Positions 46,971 to 58,542 of a stretch of DNA of 64,000 nucleotides are shown here, piece after piece. The stretch comes from Lytechinus pictus (Eukaryota). The position numbers and the translations under genes were made by a program. Location of the stretch: assembly GCF_037042905.1 (NCBI RefSeq), contig NC_087251.1, positions 48,858,001 to 48,922,000 on the forward strand, written 5' to 3'. The notes under the pieces were generated by a model. The model did no database searches. It was not told the DNA's origin and was given only the letters and a program-made list of their open reading frames with translations. Within the stretch, counting starts at the first letter, position 1. Each line of letters begins with the position of its first letter.

Positions 46971-49290
46971 TCTTCCAATCTAGCCTTCAAGGTATACCGG
47001 TCATACTGATCAAAAATTGATAGTTTGTTTGGTAAATCTTGTTATCTGGGATCTATATTGTGAAGAAAGAAAGATTTAGGAGATGAGATTAAAAAGGGTA
47101 AAAATTGTATCTACATATACTGGGTGCTCTCATCGATTTTGCCCTGATATGCTAAAAAATGCCCTCGAAATTAAAAAGGAGCCCCTTAAAATCCCCATTC
47201 ACTGCAATTATCCAATGTAGTGAATTCAGGCAGTAGGTTGTCAAAAGGAGCCCCTGAACACATAAATATAATTTTTTGCCCGACTACATGTGATTTACAT
47301 GGCTTTTAATTATGCATTAAGTAACTTAAGTAACATATTACACATCATTTCATTCATTTCTCATAAACCAACATAGGAATTTACAATGAACAGCATATGA
47401 GGGAGCAGCTCAAAGTAAAATCATAATAATTGATACTTTATAATTCATAAATCTGTTAACCCCAGACTGAGTTTGTTGATGTCTGACTCATTTTTCTGCT
47501 TTTATCAAAACTAACTTGCCCTCAGAATGGCCTTTCCTTCTAGAGTTGCAAATGAAAGTCTAGCTCCCTTTTTCCATAGTTGTCAGTCATTTCATTTTTT
47601 TTTTTTTTTTTTTTTTTGCTGTTGACTTTGTTGCTGTTTTGATTTTATTGACATATGGATGCTTGACAGAGTATTGTTTTTATGTACCTCAAACATTCAT
47701 ATTCATGAAAGGCCAGTTTTCAGGCTGAAAAAATAAATATTAGGTACAAAAAGGGCAGAAGCCCCAATAACGATGATTCCAATGTGCCCATTCAGGTTTA
47801 TATGAGCATAATTGCATCAAAAAGACTTCTAAAGAAACTCAAGTTCACGTTTTGAGTCTCTGAATTTGTAAATGTGCTGTAAACAATAAAGAATATAGGA
47901 TTTGTATCCACCTTTTTAGGTGCTCAAGGCTCTCCTTTATTACCCCGGCTAAGCTAGTATACCAATTCCAGTACTCACAGCTTTTGGTGGAATTACACTG
48001 TACTTCCTGCCAGTACTCATTTACCTCACCTGGGTTGAGTGCAGCACAATGTGGATGATTTAGGGGCTATATCCCTACCTCCCACTAAACCATGGCATAA
48101 CAGGGCTAAATTGACTGTGTTAGATAGGTCTAGACTGGGCTTAGCTCACTCATCCAACATACAAGATTATAACCTTGTTCTCTGTTAGGACTCCCTGTGT
48201 GGTGAAATAAGGTTGGCAATGTTTGGCTTGTTTTCTCTTGTTCTCTGGAATAAACGCTTACTGGTAATCTTTTGCACTGACAGTTTCCATTATAGCTATT
48301 CATCATAGGACTTGACTCTACAGTAAATTGAATTTTTGGAATTATTTTTTTCTAAATGAAAAAGAGAGATTGTTTGGTTCCAATTCAGACCAACTTTACT
48401 ATCCACCAATAGAGGGCCCACACAAAAAATGTACATACATTTTTTTTTTAGCACTCTGGTGAATAAACAAAAGTTAGCCCTAAAGACCCTAAGATATTTG
48501 AAAAACAAATATCATTACTGAATGGAACCAAGTATTTTTGGTTACAAAAATGATATTTTATATGTTGCATAGCTCGATCTACCTACGATTCACCACAGAC
48601 AGGGAAGGTGCACTGTACAAGTGGCCTAGATACAACATTCTTTGAATTTATCATCTCATGATTCAAAAATTATCTGGGTCACTAAACACAACTACCGTAT
48701 TAGGGTTCTAGGTCTAGTAAAGTACTTCTCACTATATCTGACATCAACAGTAATTATAAGGCTAACTTAACTTTAATTATTTTTTCATTCCCACACATTC
48801 ATCTAAGATTAGACTTCCAAGATCGGTTTTATAACTGTTCATCAACATGGTTCTGACATTAAAAACACAATGGATCAAGATCTAACTGGATCTAGATATA
48901 TAGAGGTCTACAGAATACTAGCTCTAGAGCTATTTAAAAAGAGGTTGTAGAGATAGGATAATATTGTGCATGAAGAAAGTAGTTATTCTAGGGTCTAGAT
49001 CTAATTAAACTTTTTGATTCTAGCCAAAGTTATGACCAAGACCAAGTTAATTAGAATTTCTCAAAACAAAGAAAGCCTAACCCAAGGAAATTACAATTTG
49101 TAAAGAGAACATTTGGTCCAATATTAGACCAGACCAAGAAATTAGGAGTTCACTTCCCTGGTTAGACCTAACAAAGTTACATGTAACAATAGATCTAATG
49201 TTAAACAGCAGACTTTTGTTAATGATTCATTCCCTTTGCCTTTTAAGTTTTATTTTTGGAACTAATTAGAATAGAAGAGGTGATGATCTG

Positions 49291-49443
49291 GGGGCCCATT
49301 TCAAAAAGGGTTATAACTGTAATTTGCCAATTATGACAACTACCATGGTAACCTTGATTTTAATTGGCTGCTGAGCCCTGTTACTATGGTAGTTGCAATA
49401 ATGGCAAAGTTACAACAGTTGTAACTCTTTATGAAACGGGCCC
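49291..49443. mobile_element. Small Harbinger-like MITE (CTG TSD)
   Basis: GGGCCCATTTCA / TGAAACGGGCCC flanked by CTG. Confidence 0.65.
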
Positions 49444-49759
49444 CTGCACCTAATGTTAGACCCAGAAGCTAGACCGAATGCTTCAGTCTCTGTTTCATCA
49501 GTGTTTTTTTCTGCTGGACAATGTCTTGCTTCATTACGCCTCCTCCATAGGAGAAACCGAACAAGTCAAAATATGCTTCAAAGTTAAAAGTTGAACTATC
49601 CAGACCGAAGACTAAACTCGGAGAGTGAGAGATTTCAGTTGTCGAACATATGATTAATCTGTTGCCATGGTAAATGTATATTTTGGTGCATTTCAGGCCA
49701 AAACGGAATAAGCTTCATTATGGTACAGTTCTTTTTATATATTTTTACGAAATAAAGAC

Positions 49760-50530
49760 AAAAATCAATGTGCCCCGTCGGGGGGATTTTGCATTGTTAA
49801 TCCCCTAATGGTGGCTGCACAATAGCGAGCCGTCTGTGTATGAGAAATAAAAAAAAAAAGTTTTAAAAATCCTCGAAACAGAGATGGCTGCCAGCTGTCT
49901 ATGCGCACGCTCACTACTCACTAGCGGACAGTCCGCAGTGTGCGTGCGCAGAACTAGCTAACTGCCCCATTTGCGAACCCATAATGCATTGCAGTTCTGA
50001 TTAGCGATATACCCTATTACCATGATTACTATTAGGCCTAAAAAAGTTAATAAGAGCTGTCTTCCGCCGATTTTGACCTTGGCCTTTACTTGGGCGCGCT
50101 ACCGGGGCCGCCACGGCGTAACCTCAAATGCCTGACCGGTCGACCCGAGTCTATACCGGTGGACTCTACCAATGTTTTCTGACTTGGTTGCGGCCAATCC
50201 CTAACAAAGTTAATTCAAAAACTAGTTTCCCCCTGGCTGAAATTAGATTAGAAAACAAAAACCATTAAAACTCGATCCTAACCTTATTCTGATGGGTAAG
50301 CGTCCATCTTTCTGATGATCTCAGCTCATGGGATCATCAGTATAATGATTCAGCTACCCAGCGCAGCAGCAGGAGCATATAAATATGCAGGGCCTTCGTT
50401 CAAGTTCGTGAATTGGTATGATACCGTATACCGGGTACTGGTATGGCGCCTCAATTGAATCCGATATACCGTATATATGGATCGGAGGATCCGCGCCTTG
50501 CTGCTCGATATATATACCGAAAAGAGATTT
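49760..50530. promoter_or_regulatory. CpG-rich putative promoter of the minus-strand gene (possibly bidirectional)
   Basis: Local CpG enrichment outside recognisable repeats, ~3 kb upstream of ATG 46970; TGCGCA/NRF1-like words at 49900-49950; a plus-strand GTAAG donor at 50296. Confidence 0.45.
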
Positions 50531-51399
50531 TTTTTTCCGAAGATCTATTTAACTTCTTTCACTCAGATTCATTATCATTCATTTTGAGTAATGTGATTTG
50601 ATTTTCATTTATCTTCAAAGATTTCTGTATGAATAATTATTCCAAAAAGGCATTTGTGATTTCCTATTTGATATTTCTGGTTATTGTATAATTACAAATT
50701 GATTTCTTATCTTGGTCCTTGGATTTACATCCCGGGTAATTTATTACCTCACTATAAATGTTGTCCATGGATATGATACAATACTGGGGCGTTAGAGCCT
50801 ATAGTCTGAGCTGATTGATTAGACAAAAATGCAAAGGATTTATAAGACTGGTCTTTGTATTTGTAGGATATCAGGGGGCGGGGACGATTTCGAAAGTGTA
50901 GGGCGCGGTGGCTGAATACACACTGATGGACAGGAGCCCCCCCCCCCCCAGTCACTTAACATACAATCGGCGATCGAGCGCGAAATGCTCAGCTGGAGTT
51001 CAGTGAACTAAGCCACGGGGGAATAGGCCAGGGGCAGTGGAACGTATTTTCGTTTGGGGGCCGGGGGCGGCAAAGCCAGAAAGGGGCACTTATCAAAAAA
51101 TGGGCATTTTGGTGCAAACGGATATTTTCACCATGGATTATCATTTGAGTAAAGGAATTTTAGTAAATCCCTTTTAAGGTGATTTACATAAGGTACATAA
51201 GATTCAGTTCTGGACACAGGATCTTCTGTTCCTCTATAATGTCCAGCTCCTGGTGATAAACAGTGACGTCTGAAGAATTGGCGCGGTCCGGGGAACCTTC
51301 TAATAAAATTTAAATTCTGCATTACGCCACCAAAAATCAATCCTCTTTTCAAATTGTGATACATCCTTAGACTCTATACTATACAAGCTCAGGAAGACT

Positions 51400-53620
51400 A
51401 TTCCATAAGTTGCAGATTCTCAATGTAAAAAGTTCTTACGTGCATGTTTCACAATTTTTATTACGGTTCCAACAGGTGGCAAAACAGCTTCCTGCCGAGC
51501 AGATTAAATCTCTTTTTTAACTATTAAAATTACCGAGACATTTTATCCTATAACTTCCATCAATCCCTAACAATGTGTCTTCCATGGAGATATTCCCCAA
51601 AATCATTTTGACCTTAATATGTCCAATATTTGTTCAAAGTGCTTGAACATTCGGGCAACCTCTTAGTAAGTGATCAAAAATGTCAACTCCTTGATAACAA
51701 AACGAACATTTTGTTAGATGAAATATAACCTACTGTATAAAGTTTATCATTTATGTAAATAACCCCATGCAAATGTTTAAACTGAAAGTCCCTAAATTTA
51801 CAATGCACCAGGCGCGTAGCCAGGGGGGGGCGGTGGGGGCGGTCGCCCCCCCCCCCCAAAACGTCCCCAAAAAGAAAAAAAAAGAAGGGAAAAAAGAGAG
51901 GAGAAAAGGAAAAGCGAAGGGAAAAAAGGGAAGAAAGGTAGCTTTGTGGGTTTTTCCTTTTATTCTTTAATTTTTTTTCCAAAAAGAGAAACTCCTTCAC
52001 TCTTGCTCTAAATTTATATATATGAATTTTGCTTCCGCGCTGCGCGCGGATAAATGACAATATTGCAGTTCTCCTCTGCTTCCCTCACCCTTTCTCTAAC
52101 CCTGTTTTTCCACCTCAGCTATACGTCATTCTTGCCAGTTCAAGTTCAAATGTATACATGAGGGCATGGAATTAGAGTAAGGTTAGGCCGAAGTGTATGA
52201 AGTTTTTTTTTTTTTCAAATTGATCGCGCAACTTCTGATCGGGTCGACTCCGGGCGGGTCAAATCTTTATATCAATTTCTGCCATCACCTCCACTAGGCA
52301 ACTTCTCCCGCTTTTCAGCTCATTACTTAACAACCATAATTTGGGGGCAAGCAGGTTTCTAATTAAAAAAAAAAAAAAAGGTATAAAATTCGTGTCGTAT
52401 CAAATAAAAAAGTACAACATTTTTTTTAAAATCAAATTCTAATAAATTTCATGTCATTTCCCTGCACATTCATCTCCTGTCCTATTTTGCGCCCTCAGTT
52501 TGAAATTTTGAATGACATTTAAGTTTCTTTATCGTTCAAAATGAAGCGCTTCAAGATTAGTCAAAGATATTATACATCATCCTTTTCATATAATTTCAAT
52601 AAATCACAGAAGTTTCAACTTCAGTTTGAGCGGCATTTTCCTTGTAATGAAGTTCAATAATCTTAGAAAATCAATTGAATTAGAGCCAATGGGTATAGAG
52701 ATATCTGCATGTAATGAAACGTCCGACCTTTAAAATTTCAGAGTTTCATTGCTCTGCGCGGGGAAGAATATCTTCCTTCCGGCATATCTTCTTCTCCTCT
52801 GTTTTGCGAGTTAAAGATATGCACTGTGGCTAAATTGTAATAAAATCTGATCTTTTCGAAGGAAGCATTCAATATGACTTAGAGAATACCCTTTTCTCGG
52901 GACGCTTTTCTTTGCCAAAAAATTATAAAATGCATTAGCTTCCGCTAATTATAATTATATATATATTGTATAATAATTATATTATTATAATTTCCTCCAT
53001 TTTATCCCTTTTTGTGCGTTCACAATCACTTTTGAAAACAAGGTTCAAAATCACAATAGAGTCAACTGAATTGGAGCTGATACAGGTACTAGAGACAAGA
53101 GAGACGGCTTCTTTTCATTTTAATTTATGAAACACCGAAAGCTTCGCGCTTCGCGCGGGAGGGGGAAACTCCCCCTCCCTGCACCCACCCCCTAGGGAGC
53201 GCGCTTCGCGCGCTCTGTAAGTGTTGGCACGCTTCGCGTGCATTTACCGCCCCCTCCAAAATGAAATCCTGGCTACGCGGTTGCAATGCACGGTAGAAAA
53301 ACGAGGTCTCGTAAAAATATGCCGAATTTGTTTTAGGCCTACTGTTAAACTTGAGAAAATCCGATTGATTTTATGCATGTCATCCGTCTTTTTAAAACCG
53401 TTAATATAATATTTATATAATTGCTTTGAACAGATCTTGTCTATAGTGTTACATTTTCTTCCCAATAGTTCTAAAGATATATAATGGATGTCATGAGACT
53501 GATTATTTTGTAACAGATTAAGCCTGAATGACCGTTTCCTCCCAATTGGCAGAGCATCATACCATATATTTTCAAAATATCCTTAGAGTCCAAACCGCAG
53601 TTTGAAAAATAAGATACTGC
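51400..53620 (-). mobile_element. Degraded L1/Tx1-type ORF2 3' fragment, split by a hAT element
   Basis: Removing 51809-53291 rejoins IFTRPRFSTVH|CKFRDFQFKHLHGVIYINDKL, typical of the L1/Tx1 C-terminal zinc-binding region; boundaries approximate. Confidence 0.6.
51809..53283. mobile_element. hAT-type non-autonomous element
   Basis: TIR CAGGCGCGTAGCCAG / CTGGCTACGCGGTTG; 8-bp TSD CAATGCAC at 51801-51808 and 53284-53291. Confidence 0.88.
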
Positions 53621-54088
53621 ATGGCCTTAAGTGGCCGTTTCCATCGATCAAAATAAGTTTAAATATGTGTAAATGTTGCGAGCGCGAATCTCTAGCTCAA
53701 ACTTTTGGAAATTTCATGTAACGTTAGACATGAAAATTAAACATTCCGAGCAGATTTTGTAATCATGAAAGAAATGTGTCTCTAACTAAAGAATAAACGC
53801 AAGCGCGAAGCGCAAGCTGAAATGTTGATATGCTGACCAAAAAAGGAACCTTTTCAGGACTGCATTTAAGGGGCTTTCACAATCGCTCTTGCGATCGTTT
53901 GGGATCATTTGGTCGCAATATATGTTGCACACAATCGCAACGGTTGTAAGCAGTCGCACCACCAATTGTGAAAGGGGCTTTAGTGACTCATGATATCACT
54001 ACCTTTATATTGTTTCTCTGGCAATCACTTGACTTGCTACGAATATGATCTACCAATTCTACCGCGATATCTCAAATATCGATACTAG

Positions 54089-54364
54089 TGTAGTAGCGAC
54101 TGCCCTGGGGGCCTGGGTTCGGGGGTTTCCGGATGACATCGGAAGGGTTCGGCGGGGTTTCCCGACCTGTGACCCGGGGTCGCGGGTCGTTCTCCGCTCG
54201 GTCTCCGTTCAACCATCACACATGTGTTCAGAGCTCGAGAGATAAACATTGCTTTTACCAAACCTTCTGGAAAGTGCTGTTTTGGGACGGAATTCAACCA
54301 AGCCGGGCTGACTAGGTTCAGGTGAGTCGAGTATTTATCTTAACTTAGGTCCCGCGCGGCTTCA
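54089..54364 (+). repeat. 5' LTR
   Basis: TGTAGTAGCG...GCGGCTTCA; direct repeat of 59505-59780. Confidence 0.95.
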
Positions 54365-54935
54365 TTGGCGTCACGGACCGGACCTGTGACAAATTTGGGC
54401 CAACCCTAGCTAAAGAAAAGTAATTTGGTCGGGTCAAATCGGTAGGCCGGGAACAGGTAGCAGTGGGATTTCTGCGACCGAGGGCACCCGGGCTGTATTT
54501 TTCCCTTCCGTTTTCCCTTTCTTTTCTCGGTTTTCCTTGACTGTCACTGTCTGTTCTCTTTTCATTTGTATTCTCTATTCTCTTTTCGACGGATTTCCTA
54601 CTGTCTTCTTCTTGTGCCTTTGTTCGGTTGCCTTTTATTATCAATTTTACCCGAGGTTGCTTGTTGTTGTGCAGTGATTCGGGTTGATCGATCGCGCGGT
54701 GAGTGTGCACCGCGAGTGGTGACCCCGTTTACACTACCGCTTAGTTGTAGGCGGTGGGGGTTCGGGGTTTCCTGGCAGCCTTGTGCACCGATTTGTGTAG
54801 CACCCGTTATATTCGAATTGCTTTTCTGCGATAGTGCTTTGATTTATTGATTTATCGTTTCGATTATTGTGTTGATTGTTTGTTGCATTGTGTTGCGTGT
54901 GGACCCACCCACTCGGTGTAGTGGGGAGTCCGTTA

Positions 54936-54966
<31 letters not shown>

Positions 54967-55877
54967 ACAACAATTTTTTATTGAGAGAGTGTGGAGTGAT
55001 TGTGATTATTTGTTGGGTGCGTTTAGATTCAATTGTATTATTGTATTGTAACCGGTGACCTGATCGGTTAAATACAGCCTGTCGTAGAGGCTGTCAAGTG
55101 CAGGTACCTGGGCTGTGGATTTATCCTGAACTTGATGTAGTCTGACAATTCAGACTCTTGTGTACTGGTTACACCGGTGTTAATATTGCAAGGGTTTGAT
55201 TTTTGTGATATTTGTTAGATTTACAGTCAATTGGTAGGGTTATTGTTAATTAAGAGTTAGTTTATATAAATCAGACCCTATTGATGTAATTCAGAGATAG
55301 TCTGTATATCGGACTTTGGCTTTTAATAAAAAATATATTTGATCAGTTTTAGCAGTTCTATAATTTAGACTGACAGTGTTGTTACATCAACATTTAAGCT
55401 AGTCTTTACATCAGACCCTTGGTTGATCAAAATTAACAAGAGGGTTTATTACCCTAGTGGATATAATTTTTGGTTACCAATACAGAGTTTATTTTTTAGA
55501 AGGATAGTTATTACCAGGTACCTTGCACTCAATCAGATCAACGCCAACTATTGACTCGCGAACGTTCGGCCGGGCAACCGTTATTAAAATTATCTTCCGT
55601 GTCGTGTAGGCTTGGCGCACCGTTAGCTGCGATACAACCAAATATTATTAAAGACTTTTTGGAAACAACTAAAATAAAATATTATTAAAGGCTTTTGGAT
55701 AACTTTGGGTATAAAACAATAGTTAAGTATTACTGGATATATCAATATATATATCTATACAGGAATATAGTGGCCACACATATATATATATATATACTCA
55801 GCGGCAATTGTAGCTGTGTATAATTAAATTGCTACCCTTCTCTTTTAAGGGTAATTAGTCTTGGCTTATTTCAGTAC

Positions 55878-56024
55878 ATGGATGAGAATAATTCCGATCA
55901 GTTTGTTATTGAAATTAGGGGGAGGCTACGTCTTCTGCGATTTCTTTTATTAGCATACCGTGCGGGAGCAATTACAAGGGCGGAATTAATTCAAGTATTG
56001 GTGGATTTATTCTTTCCGCAATAG
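55878..56024 (+). CDS. 48-aa upstream ORF of the LTR element
   Basis: ATG..TAG encoding MDENNSDQFVIEIRGRLRLLRFLLLAYRAGAITRAELIQVLVDLFFPQ; starts 4 nt after an acceptor-like TTATTTCAG; below the ORF-track cutoff. Confidence 0.45.
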   Translation: MDENNSDQFVIEIRGRLRLLRFLLLAYRAGAITRAELIQVLVDLFFPQ

Positions 56025-56071
56025 GAATTACTGATTATTAATATATAAGCATAATCAGATTATTTGATGAA

Positions 56072-57691
56072 ATGGCGGAGTCAGGCCGACTCCCTATTAA
56101 TTCATGTTCCATGTTGGAGCTCGCGGCTGTGCCCGGCATGACTGCCGCGGGCCTTGCGGTCATCGCCGAGGCCAGGTCACACTATGGGACCATTACACCC
56201 GACCTGTTTGCGTCGGCCCCATTTCTTGGGGATATTCCGGTGGAGAGTTTCGATTTCGCACCTCCATCCGTATCCACCGCATCATCGAGCGGTGCCACGC
56301 CAGCGCGTCCCGTGGATAGTTCGGCAGCATTCCACTCTATGCCGGAGCTGCGTCCGATGGGGGCGAGCACACCCCGCGGCAACCAAATTCCGGATCCATA
56401 TCGGTTTGACTTCTATCCGCCTCCGGAATCCCACGGGAGCAATGGGAGGGCGAATGCCTCCGGCACAAACGGAACTAATCCGCGTGCCAATGCCACACCA
56501 GGCCCTCGCCCGAGAAGGGATAATCCCTTCCCTGGGGACGGTTCCGGTCATACACCGGATCCCCAGATGCCTCATGCAAATGCTGGGTTAGACCCACATT
56601 CGGCAAGAGATGCTTCACACCAGGCAAACCCTAGGGTATCTCTGCCCTATAGGGATATCCGAACTGTGCCCCACAGTGCACCGGTGAGTGGGTTTAGACC
56701 CCCGGTGGCCTATGCCATGGGCCGCCCTCGCACCGGTCTGTCTTTCCAAGGACTCCCCAAAGGTCTCTCATTTGATGGGAAGTCTCAATGGGATCCGTTC
56801 TTTCGGAAGTTTTCACTTCTCGCTGCTGACAGAGAGTGGGATGGCCAGGAAAGCTTGGCCCAGCTGTGTTGGTGTTTGGAGGGCAAGGCCCTTGCCTACT
56901 ATGACCGTATAGCAGCTCAGAATCCGGGAATGGATTACACTGTCGCCGTCAGAAAGATGGCTGCCCGATTCAACTTCTCGGAGCTTCCTGAGTCCTCTCA
57001 GTTAGAATTCATGGCCGCCAAGCAGGGGGCCGATGAGTCATTGGAAGAGTGGGCGGACCGCCTTCTGGAACTTGCAGCTAGGGCATTTCCAGGCAGTCCT
57101 GAATCCTTCCTCCAGCAACAGCTTGTATTGCGCATGTGCCAAGGAGCATATGATCGCAATGCAGGGTTCCAGGCCCTGAATCACCGTCCGAAGTCGGTGG
57201 AATCCGCGGCGGATGCTATCCGGTGGGCACAGCATTCCCACACCGCGGTTTTTGGTCGCTCAAAACCTGCAAAGGTTTCCTTAGCCGAAGTTGGGGATCA
57301 CTGGGAATGGGCTGCGAATCAGATTCAAACTACGCCTACCCAGCAGCGGAGCACCGCTGGATCTAAGTCAAGTCACCCACGCCCAATCGGCCCGGGCGAG
57401 GTGATGAAGCGAATGTTTGATTTTGAAGACTGCCTTGATTCCATGTCTAAGAATGTGGCTAGGTTATGCGAAGCTGTAGAGGCTTTGAAAGCACGTCCTT
57501 CCTCTGAACCCGGGGCATGTTTCAAGTGTGGATCCACCGGACATTACCTCAGAAATTGTCCAAAGCGCAGCTCCGGAAACACCAAGCCCTCAGTCTCCCT
57601 CATAGAGCTTGAGGAGGGAAACGAGGAGGGGTCGGGACTGATGGCCGAGTCTCGATCCAGGAGCCATTTGGCCGAATTGATTCCAGAATAG
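56072..57691 (+). CDS. gag: Gag (N-terminal HhH-like motif, capsid, CCHC zinc knuckle)
   Basis: FDGKSQWDPFFRKF..W..LEGKALAYY, MHR-like KQGADESLEEWADRLLELA, CFKCGSTGHYLRNC; 539 aa intact. Confidence 0.9.
   Translation: MAESGRLPINSCSMLELAAVPGMTAAGLAVIAEARSHYGTITPDLFASAPFLGDIPVESFDFAPPSVSTASSSGATPARPVDSSAAFHSMPELRPMGASTPRGNQIPDPYRFDFYPPPESHGSNGRANASGTNGTNPRANATPGPRPRRDNPFPGDGSGHTPDPQMPHANAGLDPHSARDASHQANPRVSLPYRDIRTVPHSAPVSGFRPPVAYAMGRPRTGLSFQGLPKGLSFDGKSQWDPFFRKFSLLAADREWDGQESLAQLCWCLEGKALAYYDRIAAQNPGMDYTVAVRKMAARFNFSELPESSQLEFMAAKQGADESLEEWADRLLELAARAFPGSPESFLQQQLVLRMCQGAYDRNAGFQALNHRPKSVESAADAIRWAQHSHTAVFGRSKPAKVSLAEVGDHWEWAANQIQTTPTQQRSTAGSKSSHPRPIGPGEVMKRMFDFEDCLDSMSKNVARLCEAVEALKARPSSEPGACFKCGSTGHYLRNCPKRSSGNTKPSVSLIELEEGNEEGSGLMAESRSRSHLAELIPE
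57616..57674 (+). other. -1 programmed ribosomal frameshift signal
   Basis: In-frame slippery heptamer G_GGA_AAC at 57616-57622, 6-nt spacer, 11-bp stem GGGUCGGGACU/AGUCUCGAUCC (57629-57658); the loop is complementary to downstream GCCAU or GGCCG. Confidence 0.8.
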
Positions 57692-58542
57692 ATTCACCAG
57701 TGCTGGCACGCGATCCTCTTGATACAAGTGCTGATGCTGAGTTATCATTGTGGTGCTTGTGTCCTGGCAATCATGGAGGACAGACGCCTGCTGGCGATCA
57801 TCTAGATCTGGAAACAGATATGAGAGATCTCAAAGACCTTGAGACAGATCTTGGGGATCTCATAGATCTCCATACAGATCTGAACGATCTCATAGATCTC
57901 AATACGGATCTTGGGGATCTCATAGATCTCCATACAGATCTGAACGATCTCATAGATCTCAATACAGATCTTGGTGATCTCATAGATCTCTCAACAGTTC
58001 GTGAATCAGTTACACCGGATACTCTGAATCAGAGTATACAACCCGGTGAATCTTCAGAGATTCTGTCTGAGAATGAACTGGAGGTGGACGCAGTTGTCTG
58101 CCGCCTTAATACCAGTTCCATGGCCTCTATACCTATGTCATCGGGAGGCCTATCCGAAGACTCCGGATATGAAGACTTGGAGGAGTTTCCTCTAAGCCTG
58201 CCCAAGACTGTAGGGCAAGAGCAGAGCTGTACGCTTAGCCCAGAAACTTCCGGGTCCGCTCCAACAACTCTGGATGCAATAGTTCCTCAGGAGGAGTGGT
58301 TTGCTAAGCGCCATGAAACAGTTTTGAAGCTGTTAAGTCTTGATGATTCTTTCATACAGCTAAAATCCTGTAAGCCAGGATCAGCCCATACTGGTGTCAC
58401 CAATATGTACTCGTCCTGCTGCATCACAGCAGGAAACCATTTCCGGAGGGGACATCCAGTGGCATTGCCTGACACCCGGCAGAGGAGGCTATGGGATCCG
58501 GGAATTAACAGACTTCCTAAGAAATCCTTGGGAAACACCTGA
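57622..58542 (+). CDS. -1-frame extension of Gag (~306 aa, acidic, repeat-containing; not a recognisable Pol)
   Basis: The frame of ORF 57700-58542 is -1 relative to gag and is open back to the slippery site. Confidence 0.65.
   Translation, partial: RGGVGTDGRVSIQEPFGRIDSRIDSPVLARDPLDTSADAELSLWCLCPGNHGGQTPAGDHLDLETDMRDLKDLETDLGDLIDLHTDLNDLIDLNTDLGDLIDLHTDLNDLIDLNTDLGDLIDLSTVRESVTPDTLNQSIQPGESSEILSENELEVDAVVCRLNTSSMASIPMSSGGLSEDSGYEDLEEFPLSLPKTVGQEQSCTLSPETSGSAPTTLDAIVPQEEWFAKRHETVLKLLSLDDSFIQLKSCKPGSAHTGVTNMYSSCCITAGNHFRRGHPVALPDTRQRRLWDPGINRLPKKSLGNT
57796..57990 (+). repeat. 30-bp coding minisatellite with 60-bp higher-order period
   Basis: GATCTCATAGATCTCCATACAGATCTGAAC alternating with GATCTCATAGATCTCAATAC(A/G)GATCTTGG(G/T); encodes TDLGDLIDLH/TDLNDLIDLN. 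Confidence 0.95.

Noticed and set aside
57798..57983. Antisense Arg/Ser-rich ORF
   Set aside because: By-product of the GATC-rich minisatellite.
58130..58180. LSEDSGY as an aspartic protease active site
   Set aside because: Lacks the hydrophobic residues before DSG and the downstream ILG motif; acidic context.
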